The notes: generated from the sequence alone by a model not told the origin. 64,000 nucleotides of DNA from Prochlorococcus sp. AG-335-A05 (GCA_003282425.1 QBZF01000002.1:7808-71807); one strand, 5' to 3'; positions 30,872 through 42,204 are shown, counted from the stretch's first letter. Program-made: numbers and translations.

Positions 30872-31075
30872 ATGAATTCACCTACGAATTGGGAATTTTT
30901 TAAGCAAGATCAAGATAAAATAATATGGGTACATATCTGTACTGAAGACTTGAATGGAATTGCAATATCAATAAACAACTGGTGGAAAAAAAGATATCCA
31001 AATTACAAAATAAGAGTCGTTTCTAAAAATGAATTTGAACAAATAAAAAATGCCACCGAATTACCTCAACAATAA
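30872..31075 (+). CDS. Hypothetical protein
   Basis: 67-aa Trp-rich ORF. Confidence 0.7.
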   Translation: MNSPTNWEFFKQDQDKIIWVHICTEDLNGIAISINNWWKKRYPNYKIRVVSKNEFEQIKNATELPQQ

Positions 31076-31483
31076 AATTAACTTTTGGTAAATTTTGATG
31101 CTGAATCTTTTGTTTAAGGGGCTATATTGGTCTTAGAAATAATAAAAAAATGAATTCAGCCATTACAAAATTCTCGAATTTAAAAGTTAACAAAGCTTCT
31201 AAAATAGTCCTTACTTTTACATCATCAGTCTTCTTCTTATATGCATTAGGTCAAGCACCGATTTTTAAAAATATTCTTGCAGGAGCCTTTTCTTGTTCTG
31301 GATAAAAACAATTTAGCATTATATGAACAATAAAAATACTAACAGAAAAAAGGGATTCAAAGGTGATCAAAAAAAGGAGTAATTAGCTCCTTTTTTTTGG
31401 AGACTATTTCCAGATGTATTAGTAAATACATTAAAAGATATTATTTAGAAATTATTATTGGTGTATTTATTATAAATAGATTC

Positions 31484-31723
31484 ATGCCTCAAAATCCCTT
31501 TTATCTTGGGTGGACTAAAGGTTGGTCCTTTCTCTTTTATCTTGAAGGAGGTACTCCTAAAATTGAGGCGAGTGGATTTGGTATTGCCATGTCGACCGAC
31601 ATTAAGAGGGGAGAATCACCTTCGCAGACCGCAGATAGATTAATTTTTAAAGAGCAACGAAATAGAAAATCTAGATACTATTCTTGGATTCGTTCAATTA
31701 AATTCAAAGATGATTCTAATTAA
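31484..31723 (+). CDS. Hypothetical protein (start corrected to MPQNPF)
   Basis: The track's upstream TTG lies in a terminator T-tract (31369-31398). Confidence 0.65.
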   Translation: MPQNPFYLGWTKGWSFLFYLEGGTPKIEASGFGIAMSTDIKRGESPSQTADRLIFKEQRNRKSRYYSWIRSIKFKDDSN

Positions 31724-32461
31724 TTATGCAGTCCTCACAATCTTTTCTTGATTTTCACTAATTATTTCAACTAAGTAAAAAGTCTTAAATTTTCATTTTT
31801 GTACAGTTGATCACTTTTCAGTTTTTCAATTAATTTGCATTATGAATTTAATTGCAAATTAAATATTATGACTCAGTCTTCAATAAGTACTCCATACGCG
31901 CAAAGATTAGCAGAAAAATTTAGAGAGTCCCAGGCATACCTAAGAGCTAATGGATTTAGTAGATCAACTAAAACTCTTTATGAAGATATAGAAACTTCAA
32001 CTGATAAATAAAGCACATACCTCAACACTTGCAGCAAATACAATTTTGTTATGATTCGGCTTTAACTACAATTACGTATGGTTTGATTGGGATTAATCTT
32101 GGTTTCTTTTTGTATTATTGCTTTCTTATTTTGAATTCAAATTTAAGAAGCACAAATAATAAAAACTATGTATTTAGTGAGAAAATTACAATAAAAATCT
32201 TACTACTTTAACCGTTTATTAAATCATGAAACCTAAAGAAGAAAAAGAAAAAGCTATCGATGAAATCGTAAAAATAATAAAGAAATTTCAATACAATTAT
32301 GAACTTAGTGAGAAATACAAAAGAGAAATTTTAGACCAAGATAAAATATATGATTGACAGTCGATCTACATAAGAAACTATTTAAACACATTTTTTATGA
32401 CTATTAATACATTTCTATTACTGTCAATAGTACATTTTTATGCAAATTAAAACTTGATAAT

Positions 32462-32555
32462 AAAAAAAGACCTCTATTTCTAGAGATCTTTACATAGTTT
32501 TACTAAACCAAGTGTTTCCTTGTTTCCACTATTTCAGTTAAAATTCTCCTACACT
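32462..32555 (-). ncRNA. yfr2: Yfr2-family (Cyano-1) sRNA
   Basis: 5' GTGTAGGAG, central GGAAACAAGGAAACAC, terminal hairpin with T-tract. Confidence 0.88.
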
Positions 32556-32770
32556 CTTCTTAACATATACAACATATTTATTTTTTGTGGATATGGATGA
32601 GTATTGCTACTTATTGGTTATGTATGATAGTTACAACTCTTATTTCTAAATGCAATACAACACCCTCATGTTTTCAATCAGAGCATTTAATGATCAGTAA
32701 ATGAGAGTGTAAGTAGTTCCTTTATAGGTTATACGCTGAAAAAAGTAATTCACCAAGTATCTACTATTTT

Positions 32771-33065
32771 TTATGTCTTTTCAATTGGTGCCATAGTTAA
32801 TCCTTTGGTGACAAGTTGCTGATGATATAGTTCTGTCTGCTCAAAGGGTCCTCTCCATACTTCTGCCGAACCTTCCCTATCAACTTCGAGTGCAAGTAAC
32901 CATGATTTTTTCACTTATTCCGAGGATAATATTTACAAGACAATTTGCCACATGTTCAAATGTATTAAAATTATCATGAAGAACAATTATCCTTGCTTCT
33001 GGATATTTTCTTTTCGTTGTCTATGGATCTACGACTGAGGTAATTAAATTGTCAGAAATTTTCAT
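32771..33065 (-). pseudogene. clpS: ClpS-like Clp protease adaptor, disrupted
   Basis: IVLHDNFNTFEHVANCL..EVDREGSAEVWRGP..GLTMAP; TAG at 33021 and a frameshift near 32910. Confidence 0.85.
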
Positions 33066-33616
33066 ATAAAAAATTTAGTAGGAATATATTTGTTTTAACG
33101 AGGTATTTCTTATTTTTATAAACTCATTGTTAAAACTTCGAATAAATAAAGTTATTACCCATGGTCAAAATTTGAATAGTTGCTACGTTTGAAGTAAGAG
33201 ATGAACTTTATTATGTTTACAAATTATCTGCCTAGTGAGATGGTGACGGTTTTAGAGGTAACAACGATGTTTTCATTCTTATTTGGGACAATATTAGTTA
33301 TGTTGTTTACATCAGATCAGGCTAATAAAAAGAATCTATATTTAAAGAAAGCCAAATAACTAAACATAAAGATTAGGCAAATATTAACTAATAGAAGTTG
33401 ATTGAGCCCTGGCTTCAAATTTATTTTTAATGAAAATAAAAAAAAGCACTGGTATATTGGCTAGTCCACCAATAATTACTTTAGTTTCTGAATAAGGAAT
33501 TTAGAAATTAATAAGAACTTAAAGGTATTTATGCATAACATAAATTTATCAATGCTTTTTGTTAAGTAGCTTCAAGCGCAAAGATAGTTCTATTTTCTTT
33601 CCAACATTTACATCAC

Positions 33617-33814
33617 TTAACTAAGTGATCTCCTTGAGGAAAAAGCTTCTGGTGAAAGGGACAGGTCAAGATAATTACACATTGATCTGTCGTGCTGTAA
33701 CGAAAGTGAGTGCAAGTAATGCAAATCTTTGTGCGTTTGCTTTTCAGTTCTGAGTTGTACTCGAAGTAATCCCATGACTGAGGATTTACCATTAGTCATA
33801 GATGTATTCTTCAT
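33617..33814 (-). CDS. Hypothetical protein
   Basis: 65-aa ORF downstream of the DUF1651 gene; locally higher GC. Confidence 0.5.
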   Translation of the reverse strand: MKNTSMTNGKSSVMGLLRVQLRTEKQTHKDLHYLHSLSLQHDRSMCNYLDLSLSPEAFSSRRSLS

Positions 33815-33925
33815 CGAGCTTAATTACTACGCCACCAAAAAATTCTGCTAATAGTTTTGATGGGTCTTGAACAGATACTTTTCTATTCTCTTTTGCAAGT
33901 TTCTTTTTGATTGGATTTAAGTAGG

Positions 33926-34225
33926 TCATGTTGATTCTTGAAATTGGTTTGTTACTTCAGTCCATCCTCCAGCTATTAGTTCATTCCATGTTTCAAACGC
34001 AGATTCGAGATCATGAAGTCTTGTGTTTTTAAGTCCTGCTGGTTCTCCTAAATGATTTGCATAGAAGAGATGGGTATAAACATTGATGTTGTTCCGTGCT
34101 GATTTCTTGCACTTTTCAAAAAAGATTAAAAAGCTGCCTTGCGGGTTAAGTATCCAGCCATTGGGTGAATCAACACGACTGCCATAAGAAAAATTAGACC
34201 AAACATTGGCTCCTCCTAGAGTCAT
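33926..34225 (-). CDS. DUF1651 family protein (start corrected to MTLGG)
   Basis: GWILNP..GEPAGLKNTR..AFETWNELIAGGW. Confidence 0.8.
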   Translation of the reverse strand: MTLGGANVWSNFSYGSRVDSPNGWILNPQGSFLIFFEKCKKSARNNINVYTHLFYANHLGEPAGLKNTRLHDLESAFETWNELIAGGWTEVTNQFQEST

Positions 34226-34232
34226 TAATAAG

Positions 34233-34248
34233 TAATACAGATGTACTA
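34233..34248. promoter_or_regulatory. LexA box
   Basis: TAATACA-GA-TGTACTA; one mismatch to the cyanobacterial TAGTACA-N2-TGTACTA. Confidence 0.65.
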
Positions 34249-34327
34249 TTACTATAAGTACGATGGGCATAGTTTGTCAAGTATTGAATTTCTTATTTAC
34301 CTTTTTCTCTTAATTCTGGGAATAAAA

Positions 34328-34542
34328 TTACCTACCAAACGCAAGTGTTAGCAAGCAGTTTGATAGGTAACACCGAATCCCCGCCAGTTCTCTGATGCAT
34401 CGACCTGGAAAAGCCAGAAAAGGAGTCAAAGTGGGCTTTCGTTTCCAATTACAGGATTGGTTTACGTCTACATCACGACAGTCTCCTAAAGTCGAAAAAG
34501 AGTCAGATCAGAGCACATAAAGAAGAACTTGACCAAAGATCC
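34328..34542 (-). ncRNA. ssrS: 6S RNA (SsaA/Yfr7)
   Basis: GC-rich self-complementary non-coding rod directly downstream of purK, the conserved cyanobacterial position; ends approximate. Confidence 0.85.
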
Positions 34543-34567
34543 AGTATATAAATATTAACTTATTTCT

Positions 34568-35758
34568 TTAGTCATTTGGAGATGGCCAAATCTCTCTTAC
34601 CTTATTTAATATTTCTTTTGATTTTTCAAATCTTTTCGACTGAGCATCTTCGTTAAGTAAAAACGTTATATGAGCCATTTTCCGTCCAACACTTTCTTTG
34701 GATTTACCATACCAATGGAGATTAGAACCCCTGATTTGAGATAATAATTCTAATCTTTTTTTTAGGGACAAAGGAAATTTTTTATTTAAACCTAGTAAAT
34801 TTATCATTAAGGATCCTTGGGAATGCATTTTTATTTCTGGAGGCTTGATGCCTGAAGATATACAAACATATTGATCGAACTGGCTTGAAGAACAAGCTTC
34901 AATAGAAAAGTGTGCGGAATTATGAGTTCTAGGGGCTATTTCATTAATTAATAGTCCTTTATCACCATAAAAAAATTCAATTCCCATCACTCCTACATAA
35001 TCAAGTTCATTTACTATTGATGAGAAAATATTTTTCGCAAAAGTCTCCAAATCATAATCAATTTCAGCTGGAGACAAAACCCAATCACAAATGTTATTTT
35101 TTTGAAATGTCTCGACAATTGGAAAGAATCTTATTGTTCCATCAAAATCTCTTGATCCTACTAAAGCAAACTCATTTTTGTAATCAACCCATTCTTCAAT
35201 TATCCATTCTTCTGAATTGGTTTCAACAAAAAAAGAATTTAAATCTTCTTTAGTATTGATTTTTGTATTTCCTTTACCGTCATATCCTCCTTTATAAGAT
35301 TTAATCATTAGAGGGAAATTCCAAGACTCAATTTCTTCATCATTAAGACTTTTAAATTCCTCTATTAATTTCCATCTTGGTGATGGGAGGTTCAATCTTT
35401 CTATTAATATTTTTTGGGAGATTCTATCTACCAAAGGTTGAATTGATTCAAGGCTTGGTACAAAAATATTTTTAGAATCAATTGAATTCAATTTTTCAAT
35501 TTTAATCCATTCATTTTCAAAAATAATTTTTTCGCACTCTTTAATTAAGTCCTTATTCCCTTTTACCTTTAGGGGATCAGCTTCAATTACATAATCTGCT
35601 TTTGAACCTGCTGGATCATTAGAAGATTTAGTTTGAACGCATACTTTTATTCCTCTATTGTTTGCAGCTTCAGCAAGCATTAAAGCTAATTGACCACCTC
35701 CAATTATTCCTATTGAATAATTTTTCTTTATATTTTCTATATTTTTTTTTAGATTCAT
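34568..35758 (-). CDS. purK: N5-carboxyaminoimidazole ribonucleotide synthase
   Basis: IGGGQLALM, GYDGKG, NEIAPRTHNS, RKMAH. Confidence 0.96.
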   Translation of the reverse strand: MNLKKNIENIKKNYSIGIIGGGQLALMLAEAANNRGIKVCVQTKSSNDPAGSKADYVIEADPLKVKGNKDLIKECEKIIFENEWIKIEKLNSIDSKNIFVPSLESIQPLVDRISQKILIERLNLPSPRWKLIEEFKSLNDEEIESWNFPLMIKSYKGGYDGKGNTKINTKEDLNSFFVETNSEEWIIEEWVDYKNEFALVGSRDFDGTIRFFPIVETFQKNNICDWVLSPAEIDYDLETFAKNIFSSIVNELDYVGVMGIEFFYGDKGLLINEIAPRTHNSAHFSIEACSSSQFDQYVCISSGIKPPEIKMHSQGSLMINLLGLNKKFPLSLKKRLELLSQIRGSNLHWYGKSKESVGRKMAHITFLLNEDAQSKRFEKSKEILNKVREIWPSPND

Positions 35759-35887
35759 ATGATGATCTTATTATGATTTTTAATTCTTAACAACTGATTA
35801 TTTTAATCTAATTTTTAAGTCAAGATAAGGTTAGAATAAGTAAAATCAATTTTTAAAATTAATAAAAAACTTTCTAAATCATTTATT

Positions 35888-36979
35888 GTGCATAAGAACA
35901 AAATACTAGTTCCTCTAAGTAATAATTCATACGAAGTTATTATAAAACAAGGATTAATTAATAATATTGGAGAAGAACTAAACAGAATTGGTATCAATAA
36001 TAATAGAAAAATACTTATAGTTTCTAATAAAGAAATCTCAACACTATTTGGGATGAAACTTCTTAATAATTTAAAAAAGAATAATTTTAATGCTGAAATA
36101 TTCAATATTAAAGCTGGAGAATCACATAAGAACTTGGCAAGTTTAAGTGAGATATTTAATGCTGCTTTTGAGGTTGGTTTGGATAGGAATTCCCTACTAA
36201 TTGCACTCGGTGGCGGAATTGTAGGGGATGTCACTGGTTTTGCCGCCGCTACATGGTTAAGAGGTATTGAATATATTCAAATCCCTACAACATTATTATC
36301 TATGGTTGATTCATCTGTAGGTGGTAAAACAGCCGTTAATCATCCAAAAGGGAAAAATCTAATAGGAGCTTTTTATCAGCCAAAAGCAGTTTTTATTGAC
36401 CCTGAAACTCTAATAACTTTACCAACGAGAGAATTCAAGGCAGGTATGGCGGAAGTTATCAAATATGGCGTCATAAAAGATAAATCACTTTTCGAATACT
36501 TAGAAAATGAAAAGAATAGAGATAAAATCCTCAATCTCGAGAACGAATCATTAATAAAAATAATCAATAAATCAATTAAAACTAAGGCTTGTGTAGTTTC
36601 TGAAGACGAGAAAGAAAATGGAATTCGAGCAATATTAAATTATGGTCATTCCTTTGGCCACGTTATAGAAAATTTGTGCGGATATGGAGAGTATTTACAC
36701 GGCGAAGCAATCTCGATTGGAATGAAAATTGCAGGAGATATTGCGACTGAAAAGAACTTGTGGTCAAAAGAGCATTCTTTAAGGCAAGATCATCTTATTG
36801 AAAGTTATGGTCTACCAACACAAACACCTAAAATCAAAAAGAATGAAGTAATGAAAATACTTATGGGTGATAAAAAAGTACGCAATGGGAAAATGAGATT
36901 TATATTACCTATAGAGCTTGGAGAAGTTGATATATTTAATGATATAAATGAATCGCAATTCCTAAAATATTTCGATTAG
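35888..36979 (+). CDS. aroB: 3-dehydroquinate synthase
   Basis: [24 protein letters not shown]. Confidence 0.97.
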   Translation: MHKNKILVPLSNNSYEVIIKQGLINNIGEELNRIGINNNRKILIVSNKEISTLFGMKLLNNLKKNNFNAEIFNIKAGESHKNLASLSEIFNAAFEVGLDRNSLLIALGGGIVGDVTGFAAATWLRGIEYIQIPTTLLSMVDSSVGGKTAVNHPKGKNLIGAFYQPKAVFIDPETLITLPTREFKAGMAEVIKYGVIKDKSLFEYLENEKNRDKILNLENESLIKIINKSIKTKACVVSEDEKENGIRAILNYGHSFGHVIENLCGYGEYLHGEAISIGMKIAGDIATEKNLWSKEHSLRQDHLIESYGLPTQTPKIKKNEVMKILMGDKKVRNGKMRFILPIELGEVDIFNDINESQFLKYFD

Positions 36980-38166
36980 CGAATACAGAGTGAATTTATT
37001 TTAAATTTCTTATTATTAAATTTGCTAAAAACAAACCATTTAAAATCTCCTAAACAGATTGGGTCAACTAATCTCAACAAGGCTTCTCTTCTAGAGAGAG
37101 CTTTTGAAATATCATCCTTTAGTTCATTCTGAATTTCAAAAAGTCGTTCGGCTAAACCAAGTGATAATAATGCCTCTCCTTGTTTAACTATTCCAATAGT
37201 TTCAAAACCTAAAGTTTCCGAATCATAAATTAAACTTTCAATACAAACATGAGACGTTAAATCACAATCCCCTGGAGACTCAAAAATATTTTCAACAATT
37301 TTTTGGTTTTTATAGGAAATTAATGTCCCATTACTATTACCCAATGAATAATATCTTTTAGCTTCTTTGGCATAGTCAATTATTAATAAAATTCCATTAT
37401 TGATTTTTGCATAAATAGCCATTAACCATTTTTTATTATCTATATGCCATTCGGTAGTCCATCCTTCTGGAGCATATTTAGGAGGAATATTAATATCTAA
37501 TTTTTCCTGAGCAGAGGCAATACTTTTTTCTAATTCTTTTGTAATTGAAATTGCTTCAAAGAACAATCTTCCTGATTTCTTATCTATAGAGACTCCTTGC
37601 CGTTGCATTTTACCTTTTAAATTTATTATTCTTTCTACTGGCAAAGCATCAAGGACCTCATTAGCTAATACAACCCCATTTAAACTTCTATCTTCCAAGT
37701 CCTCTAAACATTTCCATGATATATCAAAACCCAGTTTTAAATATTTTTCTAATTTCTTTTGCTGTTTATTTATCATTCCTTTATTTGGCTCAATAATGAT
37801 AAAACAAACATTTTTTAATATTTTTTTATCGTTAATAAAGAAATATTCAAGGAGACCACTCATAAGACTCCCGTCTCCTGCTCCAAACTCAATCACTGAT
37901 AACTTATCATCACAAATTGATTTACTTTTTACCTGTATCAACCAATCGTAAATTTGTTTCGATAATAAAAACGCGAAGTCATCTGACATTGAAGGCGAAG
38001 TAACAAAATCACCCTTAGAGCCTAAATTAGCTTTACCACTTCCGTAGTATCCATTATTTAGGTCATTCAAAACGAAGTCCATATAGTCATAAAAACTTAT
38101 AGTTCCTCCCTTTTTTATTATTTTTTTTATTAACCATTCTTGATTATTCACGGGTAGGCTTTTCAT
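36976..38166 (-). CDS. SAM-dependent methyltransferase (MidA/NDUFAF7 family)
   Basis: [28 protein letters not shown]. Confidence 0.9.
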   Translation of the reverse strand: MKSLPVNNQEWLIKKIIKKGGTISFYDYMDFVLNDLNNGYYGSGKANLGSKGDFVTSPSMSDDFAFLLSKQIYDWLIQVKSKSICDDKLSVIEFGAGDGSLMSGLLEYFFINDKKILKNVCFIIIEPNKGMINKQQKKLEKYLKLGFDISWKCLEDLEDRSLNGVVLANEVLDALPVERIINLKGKMQRQGVSIDKKSGRLFFEAISITKELEKSIASAQEKLDINIPPKYAPEGWTTEWHIDNKKWLMAIYAKINNGILLIIDYAKEAKRYYSLGNSNGTLISYKNQKIVENIFESPGDCDLTSHVCIESLIYDSETLGFETIGIVKQGEALLSLGLAERLFEIQNELKDDISKALSRREALLRLVDPICLGDFKWFVFSKFNNKKFKINSLCIR

Positions 38167-38198
38167 CGGCGAAAATATATAAAGACAAAAAAACTTTT

Positions 38199-38996
38199 AT
38201 GCATTCAAAGATTAACTATTTCTTAGGAATATTTCTATCTATAGTAATTTTAATTTTTAATGAACCTTCTTTTGCTATTAATAATCCAAATCTTTTACCT
38301 GAAGAAAAAACACCTGTTATTGATTTAGCTAAGACATTAAGTCCAAATCAGAAAAAATTTTTAGAGGAAAATCTTAATAAGTTAGAAAATGAAAGTGGTT
38401 GGAAGATTAAATATTTATCTCAATTCGAAAGTGTCCCTGGAATTGCTATCAAAGATTATTGGGATTTAGATGAAACAAGTTTATTAGTAATTGCAGATCC
38501 TAGAGGAGGGAATTTATTAAATTTTAATGTTGGTGAAGCATATTTTGCTTTCATGCCAAGATTATTTTGGGTGGAACTTCAAACAAGATTCGGAAATCAA
38601 TATTATGTAAAAGATAATGGAGAAGATGGAGCAGTATTAGATGCAATTAATTCAGTAAAAATTTGTCTTGACAGAGGAGGGTGCCAGGTTGTTCCTGGAT
38701 TACCAAAAGAACAATATATATGGACCTTGTGTACCTCTATCTTAGGAGGATTAGTGGCAGGATTTGCTGCCGCACCTAGAAAAGAGGGTCAAATCATATC
38801 AATTGGATTTTTAGCTCTTCTTTCTCCTTTATGGGGCATGCTATTTGGCATTTTTGGTTTAGCACCAATAATTTCTAGAACAAGCGAAATTATACCGTTA
38901 TTCAAAAATGGACTTGCCTTTGCTGCTGCTGCAATTGCAGGGTACCTTTTATCACAAACTGTATTCTCTAGATATGAGAGACCGAGAAAAAGTTAA
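38199..38996 (+). CDS. TPM-domain membrane protein
   Basis: VIDLAKTL, FWVELQTRFGNQYYV, C-terminal TMs. Confidence 0.85.
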   Translation: MHSKINYFLGIFLSIVILIFNEPSFAINNPNLLPEEKTPVIDLAKTLSPNQKKFLEENLNKLENESGWKIKYLSQFESVPGIAIKDYWDLDETSLLVIADPRGGNLLNFNVGEAYFAFMPRLFWVELQTRFGNQYYVKDNGEDGAVLDAINSVKICLDRGGCQVVPGLPKEQYIWTLCTSILGGLVAGFAAAPRKEGQIISIGFLALLSPLWGMLFGIFGLAPIISRTSEIIPLFKNGLAFAAAAIAGYLLSQTVFSRYERPRKS

Positions 38997-39006
38997 AAAT
39001 TTCCTA

Positions 39007-39855
39007 CTAAAAATCTCTATTTTGAAAAAGTATTTCTTCTTCATATATCTCCCCTGACTCTGAATACCATCTGTGAGAAATATGCGAAATTTCACTATCT
39101 ACAAACTCAACCCATGAAAAGTTTACTAATAATTCGCCTTCTATATTTTTTTTATATCTCGGAACTATTGCAGAATTCAAATAAGCTGTACCTTCTTTAT
39201 CAATTTTGAACATATTTCTCAAACCTTGATTTCTTTTCAGACGATTATGCATATGTCCAAAAATGACAAGGTCAATTTTTCTTTTTTTTTGTATTTCTGA
39301 AATTGCAATAGCTAAATCCCTATCTCCCCAGTCACAAGACGGCTCTTTCCAATCTTTACCACAAATACTTGTAGAGTCTGATCCCAAGCCTGAAGGACCT
39401 GCATGTGACATAAAAACAAGAGGTAATTCTCTACTATTTTTTTCTGAACATTTAAGCATTTTATTAACTGACTCTTGTTCGCTTATGGGTCCATAAACAG
39501 CTTTAACTTCATTTGAAAGATAATAACCACCCCCTGAACTACAGGGCCTAGCACTTAAAATATTTATTTGATTATTAAATATTTTCAAATCCCAAGCACA
39601 ATATTTTTCTTGCAAAATACGAATCTGTTTTAAAAGAGTCTCTCCTGTTGAGTCTTTACCTCGATCATGATTTCCCAAAATCACAAAAGTAGGGATTTTT
39701 ATTAGATTAATCTTCTTTATTATTTTGATACTACCATCGGAAATATCTCCGATAAATAGAACAATATCTGGTTTTATAAGCGATAAAATCCTAATATCCG
39801 CTTCAGACCACTGACCATGACAGTCACCAACAATAGCAATTTTTAAATTTGTCAG
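39007..39855 (-). CDS. TIGR04168-type metallophosphoesterase (extended to probable CTG start)
   Basis: Frame is open upstream of the track ORF and contains GDCHG and FIGD; also GNHD and GHMH. Confidence 0.82.
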   Translation of the reverse strand: MTNLKIAIVGDCHGQWSEADIRILSLIKPDIVLFIGDISDGSIKIIKKINLIKIPTFVILGNHDRGKDSTGETLLKQIRILQEKYCAWDLKIFNNQINILSARPCSSGGGYYLSNEVKAVYGPISEQESVNKMLKCSEKNSRELPLVFMSHAGPSGLGSDSTSICGKDWKEPSCDWGDRDLAIAISEIQKKRKIDLVIFGHMHNRLKRNQGLRNMFKIDKEGTAYLNSAIVPRYKKNIEGELLVNFSWVEFVDSEISHISHRWYSESGEIYEEEILFQNRDF

Positions 39856-39958
39856 AATTTTTTCTATTTAAAGGCATATAATCTATTAAGAGACATTGTA
39901 AATCCTGACCAGTATAACTTCTACTGCAAAACAGAAATCAATTCAAAACGAAAAAGAT

Positions 39959-40873
39959 TTGATTTCTGAAATTAAGGAGCTTTGCTTAAAAGCTAATGCG
40001 ATAATTCTTGCTCATTATTATCAAGCGCCAGAAATTCAAGATATTGCTGATTTTATTGGAGATTCATTAGATCTCTCTAGGAAAGCCGCAAATAATGATG
40101 CAGACATAATAATTTTTTGTGGTGTCCATTTTATGGCAGAAACAGCAAAAATACTTAGCCCAAACAAAACAGTTTTATTACCTGATATTGATGCAGGTTG
40201 TTCTTTGGCTGATGATTGTCCTGCAGAAGAGTTTCAAAAATTTAGAGAAGAAAATCCAGATCATTATGTTGTAAGTTATATAAACTGTACTGCAGAAGTA
40301 AAAGCTCAAAGTGATTTAATTTGTACTAGTAGCAATGCTGTTTCATTAGTAGAAAAAATTCCTAAAGATAAAAAAATTATATTTGCGCCAGATAAAAATC
40401 TTGGTCGATGGGTTCAAAAAAACTCAGGGAGAAAACTTAAACTTTGGCCAGGCAGCTGTGTAGTTCATGAAACATTTAGTGAAGAGGCTTTATTAAAATT
40501 AAAGTACAAACATCCCGATGCAAAAGTAATAGCTCATCCTGAGTGCAGCCAAAATTTATTAGTACTTTCAGATTTTATTGGTTCAACCAGTAAGTTATTA
40601 GATTTTATTAGTAATGATTATTCTGATACTTATATGGTATTAACTGAACCTGGGATAATGCATCAAATGAAAAAGAAAGAACCTAATAAAAATTTTATTG
40701 AAGTACCAGATATTGATGGATGTAAATGTAATGAGTGTCCATATATGAAATTGAATACATTAGAAAAAATTTTAGATTGTTTAAAAAACAATTCCCCTTC
40801 AATTGAATTAGACCCTGAAATAATTAAAAAAGCTTACAAACCCATAAAAAAAATGCTGGATATGAGCATCTAA
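39959..40873 (+). CDS. nadA: Quinolinate synthase
   Basis: LAHYYQ, CGVHFMAE, GCSLA, CPYMK. Confidence 0.96.
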   Translation: MISEIKELCLKANAIILAHYYQAPEIQDIADFIGDSLDLSRKAANNDADIIIFCGVHFMAETAKILSPNKTVLLPDIDAGCSLADDCPAEEFQKFREENPDHYVVSYINCTAEVKAQSDLICTSSNAVSLVEKIPKDKKIIFAPDKNLGRWVQKNSGRKLKLWPGSCVVHETFSEEALLKLKYKHPDAKVIAHPECSQNLLVLSDFIGSTSKLLDFISNDYSDTYMVLTEPGIMHQMKKKEPNKNFIEVPDIDGCKCNECPYMKLNTLEKILDCLKNNSPSIELDPEIIKKAYKPIKKMLDMSI

Positions 40874-42204
40874 TTCAATGAATAAACGAAATTATTCTCA
40901 TTATTTTTAAAAACAGCTAATACATTTGCAGAATTAGGTTTAAACTGGCTTACTAATTTAGTTTTTTTAATAATTTTAAGAAGTTCTTTCTCACCAGCTC
41001 TATATTGCCTATCTCTTTTAGTACCAATTTCTCTTTGAAGAATTGGATTAGAATTCATTTTGACTTCTATATCTGGAGTAATTCCAAACTTATTTATATC
41101 TGTTCCATTAGGAGTTAAGTATTTTGCGACCGTAACTGTTAACCCTGAACCATCAACCAAAGTTCGCATAGACTGAACAAGGCCTTTGCCGAAAGTTTTC
41201 TTACCTACTAATTTACCTCTTTTATTATCTCTTATCGCTCCGGAGACTATTTCACTTGCGCTCGCCGAACCTTCATTGACAAGTACAATTAAAGGTTTTT
41301 TTGTTAAAGCCTTACCATTTCCTCTTTTTGTCTCTATCAAACCATCTTTAGATAAGGTGCTAACGATTATGCCTTTATCAATAAATTGACGAGAAATATC
41401 AATACTTGATTCTAATAATCCTCCGGGATTACTTCTTAAATCAAGAACATATCCAGAAACTTTTTTTATTTCTAGATCTTTTAATGTATCTTTCATCTCT
41501 CTTGATGCATTAGCATTAAACTGTTTTAATCTTACGTAACCAATTAATAATCCATCTTTAGTTTCATTAATTTTGCTTGTCACTGATTTTAATTCTATCC
41601 TTTCTCTTAATAAAGACTTATAAAAAGAATTCCCATTTCTTAGGATTTCAAGTTTAACTTTTGTACCTATTCTGCCCCTTATTAATTTAACTGCATCCTC
41701 AATATTCAACCCTTTAGTAGATACATTATCGATTGATAAAATCTTATCTTTAGCTTTAATTCCAGCTTCATAAGCAGGAGTTCCCTCTATAGGAGAGACA
41801 ATTATTATAGAATCAGATTCTTTATCTTTGACAATTTGTATTCCAACTCCTGTTAATTCTCCTGAAGTATCTATTCGCATTTGATTAAATTCTTTAGGGT
41901 CTAGAAATCTTGTATATGGGTCATCTAAATTTGAAAGCATATCTCTAATAGCATCATAAGCTTGATTATTATCTGAATATTTTTTTGCTAAAAATTCCTT
42001 TCTTAAATTAATCCAATTAGATCTCTCAAATTTCCCACTTGAATCAAGGAATTCTCTATATACTATTTGCCAAACGTGATCAATAACCTCTTTGTAATTA
42101 TTTTCTAAAATTGTCGCCTTTGAATGATTACTCACCAATATCCCAGAAAAAATTGTCACTATTAAAAAGACAAGTTGATTTTTAAATAATTTTTTTATTT
42201 TCAA
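40870..42204 (-). CDS. Carboxyl-terminal processing protease (S41, PDZ)
   Basis: DLRSNPGG, SASASE, TFGKGLVQ. Confidence 0.94.
   Translation of the reverse strand: MKIKKLFKNQLVFLIVTIFSGILVSNHSKATILENNYKEVIDHVWQIVYREFLDSSGKFERSNWINLRKEFLAKKYSDNNQAYDAIRDMLSNLDDPYTRFLDPKEFNQMRIDTSGELTGVGIQIVKDKESDSIIIVSPIEGTPAYEAGIKAKDKILSIDNVSTKGLNIEDAVKLIRGRIGTKVKLEILRNGNSFYKSLLRERIELKSVTSKINETKDGLLIGYVRLKQFNANASREMKDTLKDLEIKKVSGYVLDLRSNPGGLLESSIDISRQFIDKGIIVSTLSKDGLIETKRGNGKALTKKPLIVLVNEGSASASEIVSGAIRDNKRGKLVGKKTFGKGLVQSMRTLVDGSGLTVTVAKYLTPNGTDINKFGITPDIEVKMNSNPILQREIGTKRDRQYRAGEKELLKIIKKTKLVSQFKPNSANVLAVFKNNENNFVYSLN

Noticed and set aside
32029-32211. 60-aa TTG ORF
   Set aside because: Weak start and low-complexity hydrophobic sequence; may be a remnant but is unsupported
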